This document shows positions 1 through 7,337 of a DNA stretch of 63,575 nucleotides, in pieces. Position 1 is the stretch's first letter. Every line of letters begins with the position of its first letter. Made by a program: the position numbers and the translations under genes. Source of the DNA: Acidobacteriota bacterium (GTDB lineage Bacteria > Acidobacteriota > Polarisedimenticolia > J045); assembly GCA_027021395.1 (NCBI GenBank), contig JALUUK010000112.1:1-63575 (forward strand). Reading direction: 5' to 3'. Below the pieces are notes generated by a model. It was not told the origin of the DNA and made no database searches. It was given only the letters and a program-made list of their open reading frames with translations.

Positions 1-103
1 GTCCGCTGCCGGGGCGCCAGCATAAAGCTTTCTCCCGGCTTAGTTTTTGGCGCATTCCGCGAGCGGCTGGGCTGGCAAGCATGCCCACCGTTGATCGCGC
101 TCC
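1..103. repeat. Terminal overlap (1..103 = 63473..63575): circular or terminally redundant genome, unique length 63472 bp
   Basis: The first 103 nt (gtccgctgccggggcgccagcataaagc...gatcgcgctcc) recur exactly as the last 103 nt. The break point falls inside the last unit (R7) of the repeat array. Confidence 0.95.
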
Positions 104-129
104 GCCTAGCGGTGGCGGAATTGTGTGGT

Positions 130-1431
130 TCATTGGTTGTCCTCCTCTGCGAGCGGTTCCGAGGTTTTCTGCGCCTCGTCAACGCTCGCACCGACGAGGC
201 GTACCGAGATCCCCTTGGGCTCGGCTGCGTTGATGATCGCCTGACGCAGCTGGTCCCAGGGGAATGAATTGACGAACCGCCGGTCCCTGTCATCGTAGGC
301 GATTTCGGCGAACCGCCGGCGGTCCGCATAGCCGACCACGTGTGCCGCAATCTCTGAGATCCAGCTGCGCATCCGCCTGTGTTGCTTGCCGACCATCGCG
401 ATGCGCCGGCTGGCGAATCTCGGCACTGGTCGTTGCTCGGCTTTGGTGTCATCGGAGAATCGGTTCAGTCGCCGCGTGTGGTGCAGGATGGCGCCTCGGA
501 TTCTGCGGATGTGGTCCGCGTGCTCGATCCAGAGGCGTTCGTCCTTCTCGTTCAATGCGACCAACAGACTATCACTATCTGTCTTTACAAACAACGTCCC
601 ATGCCGTTTTTGTTCATCTCGCCGCGGTAGCCACGCGACGATCTTCACGACCACCTCCCAGAGCGCCCGCTGTCCGCCTGCATCGCGTTCGGTGATCTGT
701 CGGCTGGACTGTTGCCCATTGCGTCCAGACCGATCCGGTCCGCCGGCACGTCGTCGGTAGATGGATAGCTCGGCGGGTATCGCATCACCGCGGGCGATTG
801 CCTCGAGCGATCGACGCTGGCGTTTGTACCGCGGACCTGCGACGAGGCGCAGGCGCCACCGTTGCCCTGCCAGGGGGACTGACACGATCAGGTCTCGCCG
901 ATCGTCGTCCGTGATTTCGAGTGACCAGTTGGCAGCCGGTATCGGAACGGGCGCCGGATATTTTGCCCGCGGCAGGTGCTCATCGGAAAGCCATAACACC
1001 TTGTAGCGTCTGGCTTTCCATTTCAGCTTTGCTTGCTGTTCGGTCGCTGCCACGGTGACAGACGAGATTGCCGGGAACCGCTCGCGTGCTTCGGGGTACA
1101 GGTAGATCGTCGGCATTGGCGGCAGTTTTTCCATGCCGGGCTCACGCCGCACATCGCGAGCGTACAGCTCATCCACCAGCCAGTTCCAGAGCCGCGTTTG
1201 ATCCGACCAAGCGTCACGCAGCGCCGCGCGGAACTCCGCCCAGGTCGCGTCGAGAGGTTTTGCCACACGCATCGTGATCGCGCGTAGCACGTAGCGAGCC
1301 TGCCAGCACTGGCGGCACAGCACGGCGTCCCCGTGCCGTTTCCACCCGCGAGGCAGTCTCAGTCCGCGCTTGGTCGGCGTCGTCTTGTGCTCGTCCCAGC
1401 ATGACGAGCATCTGATGATATGATCGGTCAT
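130..1431 (-). CDS. TnpB/Cas12-like protein, C-terminally truncated (no Zn finger or RuvC-III), with extra N-terminal zinc ribbon; candidate RNA-guided DNA-binding protein
   Basis: 433 aa from ATG 1431, with GGAGG about 11 nt upstream. The track ORF reaches 1539 but would overlap the upstream gene by 100 nt. By-eye match to the TnpB order: [19 protein letters not shown] (N-term strand plus helix), [26 protein letters not shown] (WED/REC), [14 protein letters not shown] (RuvC-I-like), [25 protein letters not shown] (lid helix), [35 protein letters not shown] (RuvC-II region). The protein ends about 20 aa later. N-terminus carries CSSC-x27-CRQC. Confidence 0.6.
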   Translation of the reverse strand: [433 protein letters not shown]

Positions 1432-1438
1432 TTTCGGT

Positions 1439-1903
1439 TCATCCTCCGGTTTTGTCGTCCACGCCATCGACAAGCGCATGCAGTGCTGGATCTGCCACGA
1501 GATCAGCGGTGATCCGTTCGCAGCGGCTTTGGTAATCATTCGCGATTGCCACCACCTTATTCGCCCATGCCTCCGTTTCGATTGTCAGCGAGAGCAGATC
1601 AATCGGCGCGAGCTTTGTAAACCACCATGGGTTTGTGCCGATTACGTCTCCTTGGAATAGTCGGCCGACCATTCCAACCTGGCGATCGACCAGTGTGATA
1701 CAGGCGCCGGATGGTTCCCCTTCGATTCTCATTGTCGGTGGCTCCGGTATCTCTGGTTGTTCCGGCGGATCTGGGCATTTTTCAGCTGCGAGCCGCACTT
1801 GTTCCATCGCTTTCGCCGCGATGTCTGCCGCGCGTCGCAGTTTCGCCGTTGCCTTTTCCGGCGATATTCCAGCCGCTTCGTAGACTTTTACGTAATTCAC
1901 CAT
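1439..1903 (-). CDS. hypothetical protein
   Basis: 154 aa from ATG 1903 (GGAGGA at 1911-1916). Its stop is 8 nt before the TnpB-like start. Contains a Pro/Glu linker PDPPEQPEIPEPP. No family recognised. Confidence 0.6.
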   Translation of the reverse strand: MVNYVKVYEAAGISPEKATAKLRRAADIAAKAMEQVRLAAEKCPDPPEQPEIPEPPTMRIEGEPSGACITLVDRQVGMVGRLFQGDVIGTNPWWFTKLAPIDLLSLTIETEAWANKVVAIANDYQSRCERITADLVADPALHALVDGVDDKTGG

Positions 1904-1908
1904 GGTAT

Positions 1909-1980
1909 CATCCTCCGTATGGTATGAGTCTGGCGGCACACGTGCCCCCGCGTAGCCCGCCGCCCAGGCTGCGCGGTGTC
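1909..1980 (-). repeat. Intergenic GC-hairpin repeat, copy A
   Basis: SD, then ggcggcac, then stem ccgcgtagcc (1948-1957) / ggctgcgcgg (1967-1976) with 1 mismatch. Lies between the stop of 1994..2800 and the start of 1439..1903. Confidence 0.8.
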
Positions 1981-1993
1981 AGTGTCGCATCAT

Positions 1994-2800
1994 TCACGCG
2001 CATGCAGCACTTGGTAGCCGGTTGCGTCCTGCAATCTGGTTGAATTTGTCAAGCAGGTCCTTGCGTTTGAACTCCAGATGCAGGTTTCCGTTTTTGCAAC
2101 ATCGGAACCGGAAATACTCCGTTTCCCCGCGCCCGTCCTTTGATGTTTCGATCTCGTCTGCAAGCGGTCCGCTGTATCCCTTGACCATCCCTTTTCCGTC
2201 AAGCAGGTGGAAGATGTTGTCCAGGGCGATGATGTGCTGCCTTCTCATGTAATTGATCCTGAATCCGCCGGAATACCCAGGTTCTACCATGCTTGGCCTG
2301 ATGATTCTGGGTTGCAGCTGGAACTCGCTGTTTCTTTTGTAGTTTGTGCTAGGCTTCCAGAAGTCGTACTCTTCATGGATCGCCTCTTGCATGAATGTTT
2401 CCGCTGAGTCAATCATACCTTCGAGCACGTCGAGTATTGCATCCTCCGTGATCTCCGGCAGTTGTTCGTCCGATTTTCCTTGCAGCGCATCGTCAAGCTG
2501 TTGCACTCGTGCTGACGACATCAGATTGCGGATTCCCAGTTTTTCGATGATGGCACTCCATGCGTCACATCGCATGGATTTTTCCGCTCTTTCCGTTGCT
2601 TCGTCTGAGTACCATTGTCTCCCGTCGAAATACACCCTGATTGAGAACCGATAGGATGAATCGAACGCCTTTTGCAGTCGTTCGGTTTCCTCGTAGATTG
2701 TTCTGATTGCGTCCACGATTTTCGGCGCAGCCGATTCGTAGACGGACGCCAGCATTGTTGCTGTTTTGTACTCTACCATGTCGCTGTCTCTGGAAAACAT
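1994..2800 (-). CDS. hypothetical protein, DUF4942-like C-terminus
   Basis: 268 aa from ATG 2800 (GGAGGA 7 nt upstream). The C-terminal YFRFRCCKNGNLHLEFKRKDLLDKFN resembles the conserved end of DUF4942 proteins from prophages and ICEs. This is recalled similarity, not computed. Confidence 0.5.
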   Translation of the reverse strand: MFSRDSDMVEYKTATMLASVYESAAPKIVDAIRTIYEETERLQKAFDSSYRFSIRVYFDGRQWYSDEATERAEKSMRCDAWSAIIEKLGIRNLMSSARVQQLDDALQGKSDEQLPEITEDAILDVLEGMIDSAETFMQEAIHEEYDFWKPSTNYKRNSEFQLQPRIIRPSMVEPGYSGGFRINYMRRQHIIALDNIFHLLDGKGMVKGYSGPLADEIETSKDGRGETEYFRFRCCKNGNLHLEFKRKDLLDKFNQIAGRNRLPSAACA

Positions 2801-2805
2801 CGTCT

Positions 2806-2877
2806 CATCCTCCCTATGTACCGGCGGCACATGCACCCCCGCGCAACCGCCGCCTAGGCTGCGCGGAAAACTCGGAC
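2806..2877 (-). repeat. Intergenic GC-hairpin repeat, copy B
   Basis: Sequence catcctccc..ccggcggcac..; stem ccgcgcaacc (2839-2848) / ggctgcgcgg (2857-2866); then aaaactcggac. Confidence 0.85.
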
Positions 2878-2932
2878 GACAGCAGTCAGCTAGTCTGACT
2901 GCGCTTGCCTGTCATCTATCGGTTTCGTCATC

Positions 2933-3154
2933 TCATCCTCCCGCTGGCGGCACGGTGACCGTGCCGCGTGAGATCAGCGAGCCAGCCTGCAACATGCAGT
3001 ATTCCGCGCTGACCTCAGCGCCGGTCAGCTCGAACTGTTCGAGCGCAAGCCGCTCGCGCAGTTCCTGGCGTGCCACCTGCTCGGCGTCATCCTCCGAGCC
3101 TCGCACCAGTATCATCGTCTCGAAATCTGGCAGCCACACATGGTATTGTGCCAT
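2933..3154 (-). CDS. hypothetical protein (73 aa)
   Basis: ATG 3154 with GGAGGA at 3162-3167. Its 3' end contains a partial extra copy of the SD/ggcggcac part of the intergenic repeat. Confidence 0.55.
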   Translation of the reverse strand: MAQYHVWLPDFETMILVRGSEDDAEQVARQELRERLALEQFELTGAEVSAEYCMLQAGSLISRGTVTVPPAGG

Positions 3155-3159
3155 GGTCT

Positions 3160-3224
3160 CATCCTCCCGGCGGCATGTATTCACCCCGCGCAGCCGCCGC
3201 CAGAGCTGCGCGGGAAACTCGGAC
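3160..3224 (-). repeat. Intergenic GC-hairpin repeat, copy C
   Basis: Perfect 10-bp stem cccgcgcagc (3185-3194) / gctgcgcggg (3205-3214), flanked by catcctcccggcggca and gaaactcggac. Confidence 0.85.
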
Positions 3225-3226
3225 GA

Positions 3227-3445
3227 TCACACGACGACAGGCAGGCGCATGCGCTCGCCTATCTCCTGCGCCTGCCGGATCGCAGGCAGCAGGGCGTTGG
3301 TCGGTCGTGTTGGCAATACCCGGACCACCCACCAGTCGGGCGGGTGGTAGTCCGTCCTCTCGCATGCGCAGTCGCATGCGTCCCCGTCACAGATTGCAGG
3401 GCTATATTGCCCTGTGCTATCTGCTATGATCCGTATGTGCGTCAT
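3227..3445 (-). CDS. hypothetical Cys-rich protein (72 aa)
   Basis: ATG 3445 with an SD at 3453-3457. Contains the motif CDGDACDCAC. Confidence 0.55.
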   Translation of the reverse strand: MTHIRIIADSTGQYSPAICDGDACDCACERTDYHPPDWWVVRVLPTRPTNALLPAIRQAQEIGERMRLPVVV

Positions 3446-3450
3446 GATCT

Positions 3451-3513
3451 CACCTCCCGGCGGCACGTATTCACCCGCGCAGCCGCCGCCTAGGCTGCGC
3501 GGAAAACTCGGAC
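3451..3513 (-). repeat. Intergenic GC-hairpin repeat, copy D
   Basis: Perfect 10-bp stem ccgcgcagcc (3475-3484) / ggctgcgcgg (3493-3502), flanked by cacctcccggcggcac and aaaactcggac. Confidence 0.85.
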
Positions 3514-3550
3514 CGCGCACACTGTATGCGCGGTCAATCGTCAATCATTG

Positions 3551-4360
3551 TCAGAGGTCAGGCATGACAGTCGCCAACCGAATATCAGGGCAATGGTCTG
3601 CCGCAGCCGCAATAACAATCTCTACTGGGATACTAGTTCTTGTGATCCCAGCGGAGCAGGGGGACCGCCATGGCCATGTGCCGAGCCACCACCGCGCCGG
3701 CTCGTCAGGCGGGGCGTGCTGCCAGCCATAGGTCTCAGTGTGATAGTAGAAATCGCCGCGACCCAATCGCGGAACGTCGCCCTGATAGTGTGGCCAGTCC
3801 AGTTGGCTCAGCGGGCACGCTTCGCGCGTCTCGCCGATGCGCGCCAGCATGGCCAGTACTTGCCCGATCGACGACGCGGGCAAGAACTGTCGTGCGGGCA
3901 ATCCGTACCCTGGTGATCCAGGCTGATGGTGGTCGATCACCACTGTGGAGAATGCCGGCAGTGGCGACGCGAACGCGCACTCCACGAGTATCACGGTGTC
4001 GCCGGCGCAGAGAGTGTCACCAGTGATGCTATCCGCCTGATACGCATTAGATTGGTATACGCGGTGGCTTCCCGATTGGGCGAACGCGAACCGTTCTCCA
4101 GTTTCGCGGAGGATCTGTCTTATCTGGGACATTTCGCTGTCGGGTGCTCCGAGCACCCAGAGCCTGTGCGATGACATCCTTCTGTCTCCTCGCCGATTAC
4201 TGGGCTCGGCGCTGCCCATCTCATCGAAATAGAGGCTGCCGGTTGTGTCTCCGGCAAACTCGCACCTCGCCACACACTGTCCGTAGACGCAGCGCCTGTC
4301 TACCTCTTGGCCTCGCGGGCCGTCGGGCGCCAGCAGGCGCCCTCGGGTCCGAGCCGTCAC
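3551..4360 (-). CDS. hypothetical protein with DHH-like motif
   Basis: GTG 4360 overlaps the upstream stop (GTGA coupling), and the 5' extension has high GC3. Alternative start ATG 4177 (MSSHRLWVLG). Contains VVIDHHQPGSPGYG; the other DHH-family motifs are not clear. Confidence 0.5.
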   Translation of the reverse strand: MTARTRGRLLAPDGPRGQEVDRRCVYGQCVARCEFAGDTTGSLYFDEMGSAEPSNRRGDRRMSSHRLWVLGAPDSEMSQIRQILRETGERFAFAQSGSHRVYQSNAYQADSITGDTLCAGDTVILVECAFASPLPAFSTVVIDHHQPGSPGYGLPARQFLPASSIGQVLAMLARIGETREACPLSQLDWPHYQGDVPRLGRGDFYYHTETYGWQHAPPDEPARWWLGTWPWRSPCSAGITRTSIPVEIVIAAAADHCPDIRLATVMPDL

Positions 4361-4767
4361 GCCATGGCAGCCGCCTGCCGCTCCACCTCCTCCGCGATTG
4401 CCCCGTATACCGGGGCATCGCCATATTCGCGCTCGATGGCCGCGGCCCTGGAGAGATAGCGGCTGGCGTCGTCCCAGTTTCCACGGCGGATAGCCGTGAT
4501 GGCGTCAGCCGCGTATCCAGCGGCTAGTTCGGCCGCGGCTGCCACCTCGTCGTCATACTCTCGCGCCAGCGCCAGCGCATCTGCGTGGTGCTGGCAGACA
4601 GGCTCGTCGTCCACGTCGCATGGCTCCACCACTATCTGGCTGCCGCACCGCGACAGCCGGCGGCATCCAGGGCAGCCTGGCGAAGCCGCCCCGAACGAGT
4701 GCGTCCACGACCATCCGAGCCATGCTGACCTGGCAGCCTCGATCCTGCTGATGATGTAGTCTGTCAT
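4357..4767 (-). CDS. hypothetical protein (136 aa)
   Basis: ATG 4767 with GGAGGA at 4775-4780. Cys cluster CPGC..C..C..C. Preceded by two GC hairpins (4790-4811 and 4844-4869). Confidence 0.55.
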   Translation of the reverse strand: MTDYIISRIEAARSAWLGWSWTHSFGAASPGCPGCRRLSRCGSQIVVEPCDVDDEPVCQHHADALALAREYDDEVAAAAELAAGYAADAITAIRRGNWDDASRYLSRAAAIEREYGDAPVYGAIAEEVERQAAAMA

Positions 4768-4880
4768 GATCTCATCCTCCCATCCTACCGCGGCAGACAC
4801 CGGGCTGCCGCATCCCGCCGCGCTCCGAGTGAGCGGGTTGTCGGGGCCGCGGCGCATCCACCGCGGCCCATCGAAGCCGA

Positions 4881-5342
4881 TCACGCGGTGGCGAAGGCAC
4901 TCTCGCACGCAGCCGCGTGCGCCTCACAGTCATTGAGCCCGCGAGCGCGGGCATCCCGATACGCGCGGTGGAATCTGTCCTGATGGCGCCACTCCGCCAC
5001 CAGGTCGCGATGCATCCCCCGAGGCACCCACCGCGGAACCTCATATTCCCCCTCTTGGCGCGCGATGTCCAGGAGGTGGCGGATACCGGATTGCAGCGAG
5101 TCGTCGAAGTCCGCACACGAGGTGCAGAAGTTCACCCGTCCATCGCTGTCCGGATGGGCGATGGTGTACGATCCTCCGTACGGGGTCGCCCATACTGCCA
5201 GCACGTGCCCGCGGTATGCGTACACCACGGGCTGCTGGCGGATCACGCGTTCCGCCCGGCGCGCCGCATCCTGGCGCGCCTGGGCGACAGTCCGCCCAGA
5301 TCCCTCGATGCCCAGGTACTCGACTTTGATCGTTCTTGGCAT
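4881..5342 (-). CDS. hypothetical protein (153 aa)
   Basis: ATG 5342 with GGAGGA at 5350-5355. First gene downstream of the promoter at 5424-5451. Confidence 0.55.
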   Translation of the reverse strand: MPRTIKVEYLGIEGSGRTVAQARQDAARRAERVIRQQPVVYAYRGHVLAVWATPYGGSYTIAHPDSDGRVNFCTSCADFDDSLQSGIRHLLDIARQEGEYEVPRWVPRGMHRDLVAEWRHQDRFHRAYRDARARGLNDCEAHAAACESAFATA

Positions 5343-5423
5343 GATCACATCCTCCCACCTCCCGGATCCCGCCGGGCCGGTGCCGCGTGATGCCGCGGCC
5401 ATCGAGTGTATCTCATATCAGTG

Positions 5424-5451
5424 AATATACAGTCCATCGGATACGCGTCAA
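5424..5451 (-). promoter_or_regulatory. sigma70-like promoter for the leftward operon (5342 -> TnpB-like gene -> array)
   Basis: Minus strand reads TTGACG-16 nt-TATATT (+ coordinates 5446-5451 and 5424-5429). A T-rich UP-like tract (tttttttcgtgatttttttgatttt) lies just upstream, in the only AT-rich patch of this region. Confidence 0.55.
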
Positions 5452-5872
5452 GCGGAAAATCAAAAAAATCACGAAAAAAATCCGAAATCATCCCGAGCCG
5501 ATCTGATCGGAGTGCCAGCCGCACCTACGCGTCGCGCCACCTACCGCGGAACCCGCACCTATATATATGTCGGTCGGTGTGATCCGCCGCATCCCAGCAC
5601 CGATCGACGCAGAGTGCCGTATATACCAGGGTTTCCCGCGGTTGCCGCGGCCCGATCAAAGCCCCTTCAATGAAAAGAAATCATCCCTATCTCCATACAT
5701 ACCCGTATGCCCGCGCACACCCACCGGCGCCTCCGCCATACGCATGCACTACCCACCCGCGCATGCCCACCACGCACACCAGCCGACGTTCCCGCGGGGG
5801 GTGCATGGCGGGCGGGCGCAGCAGGGTGAGGCATGGGGTGTGGTCCTGCACTCCGTCCGGTCCGCGAGATGG

Positions 5873-5915
5873 TGTACAGCTGTACAGGTGCCGGGAACTG
5901 GTGTACGCCTGTACA
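5873..5915. promoter_or_regulatory. Two TGTAC(A)-NN-CTGTACA sites (operator-like)
   Basis: tgtacagctgtaca (5873-5886) is a perfect 14-bp palindrome. ggtgtacgcctgtaca (5900-5915) is a direct near-copy 29 bp away. Confidence 0.4.
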
Positions 5916-5971
5916 CTGGTCGTCGCCCGCGGCGGGCTGGTCCAGCAGCCGCCGCCGGCACATCGGCCACC

Positions 5972-6585
5972 GCGGTGATTTACACCCTCGAGGGCATGGG
6001 GGATCAGGCCGCGTCCTATGCGATCCGCTTCCTCGCAACGGCGTTCCCCAAAGCTCGATTTCTCCAGGGGGCGCAAGCTGGCCAGGTCGTGGCGTGGGCC
6101 ACGCCGAAAGATCACCAAGAGATCAAGAGCCTGGTCGATCAGATGATTCAGCAGCCGCCGCCGGAACGGGCGCGCAAGGTGACCGTGTATGGGCTAAAAT
6201 TCATCTCGGCCCGCGATGCCATGGAAGTCCTCAAGACGGCCGTGCCCCAGGCCGAGTTCACGGTCTCGGACGACGATCCCCAGCGCTTGACCGCATGGGC
6301 GTGCCCGGCAGAACACGACACGATCGCCAAGATCATCCAGGAGATCGACCTCGAAGGCGATGCCGAATCGGGCTCCAGGCCGTGGTCTACGCGCTCGAAG
6401 GCATGGACACCCGCAATGCCACCATGCCTTGCGGTTCCTGTCCCAGGCATTTCCTGAAGCACAGTTCACGCAAGGCGCCGAGGCGGACCAGTTGGTGGCG
6501 TGGGCGTCGGCCAAAGACCCTGAACGGATCGAGGTGCCGATCGAGGAATCGCCAGATTCAGCACGAACCGCCAAGGTCTATCACC
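5972..6585 (+). pseudogene. Frameshifted fragment of a secretin-N (GspD N-domain-like) repeat protein
   Basis: Three about 60-aa modules: AVIYTLEGM..RFLATAFPKARF..VVAWATPKDHQEIKSLV; VTVYGLKFISARDAMEVLKTAVPQAEF..LTAWACPAEHDTIAKIIQEID; AVVYALEGM../..LRFLSQAFPEAQF..LVAWASAKDPERIE. The third module needs frame changes near 6375 and 6425. There is no credible start upstream. Confidence 0.4.
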
Positions 6586-6839
6586 CGGCGCCGGCTCGGG
6601 CATACCGGATGCGCCGTCCTGCTGGCCGCGGGCTGCGTTCTCGGTGGGATCCTGGCCGCGACGGTGGATAGCGGTGGCCGATCGGTCCGGCGGTGGATCG
6701 GTCTGGCGGTGGCAGTGCTTGCCGCCGAGGCGGGCGGGGGTGGGGGGGGTAGGCCCCCATCGCGGCTCTCGTGTATTGTATGTGCCCCTCACAGAATTTT
6801 TTCACTCGCCGCGACCGCCCCTCTTTTGGGTCACACGTC

Positions 6840-7300
6840 ATTGGTTTGTGTTGCGTGGCGGTTATTTTGGCGATGCGGGGTTGTCGTGTTTATTGCTTGG
6901 CGTGTTGTGATGGACACATTGAAGCGTGAGTTGCTTGAGTTGTGTGGTTGGGAGTTTGGTGATGTTGCGGATTTTTTGGGGATGTGTGAGTGTGAGCGTT
7001 TGAGCCTTGAGCGGGCGGATTTGCTTGCGTATTTGGGTGGTTGTGAGGAATCGGATTTGGCTGGCGAGTAGCTTCGTGTCGTCGCATTGGCATGTAAGTG
7101 ATTGTGTGGCTGGGAGTTACGACGCTTTTGGGCATTTGCTGGCGTCCTTCCGCGTTCTTTCACGATACTACGAGCGTGTATTGTGTACATTTGTCATTAA
7201 GGAGGCGATTTTGTGTTGTGTGGTGTTTTGTGGCGAGATACGGAAGTTGTTTTGTGGCGTGTGGTTACGTCGATTTTGGCTGGGGTATTTGGGCACTAGC
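6840..7300. other. GT-rich (75-85% G+T on + strand), lower-GC, apparently non-coding stretch with short direct repeats
   Basis: tgtgtggttgggagtt (6941-6956) vs tgtgtggctgggagtt (7103-7118). gttttgtggcg occurs at 7225-7235 and 7249-7259. The only weak ORF is 6910-7071 (53 aa, no SD). Confidence 0.5.
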
Positions 7301-7337
7301 CGTTTTTAGGTGTCACCCATGACACCTAAAATCAGGT
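7299..7337. repeat. 38-bp palindromic element, copy 1 (inverted relative to 62581..62618)
   Basis: ccgTTTTTAGGTGTCAcccaTGACACCTAAAAtcagg, arms at 7304-7315 and 7320-7331. Its reverse complement differs from the second copy at 2 positions. Confidence 0.85.

Noticed and set aside
13-129. A tracrRNA-like anti-repeat in the 117-nt leader between the TnpB-like stop and the array.
   Set aside because: I saw small hairpins (CCGCC..GGCGG, GGCA..TGCC) but found no convincing complementarity to the repeat consensus by eye. This needs a computed alignment.
130-1539. The longer 469-aa version of the TnpB-like ORF.
   Set aside because: It would overlap the upstream gene by 100 nt. ATG 1431 has a GGAGG and starts right after the upstream stop.
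1909-3513. The intergenic repeats as integron attC sites (gene cassettes).
   Set aside because: There is no IntI-type integrase and no R''/R' (RYYYAAC/GTTRRRY) core sites. The conserved part also includes the ribosome-binding region of the next gene.
5567-7071. ORFs 5567..6457 (296 aa) and 5833..7071 (412 aa) as intact genes.
   Set aside because: Only the segments that match the secretin-N repeat pattern look protein-like, and these are split over three frames. The remainder is Arg/Pro/Gly-rich non-coding-like sequence.
7299-7337. The 38-bp palindromes as bidirectional rho-independent terminators.
   Set aside because: On both strands the T-run lies 5' of the stem and the A-run lies 3'. This is the opposite of what an intrinsic terminator needs.
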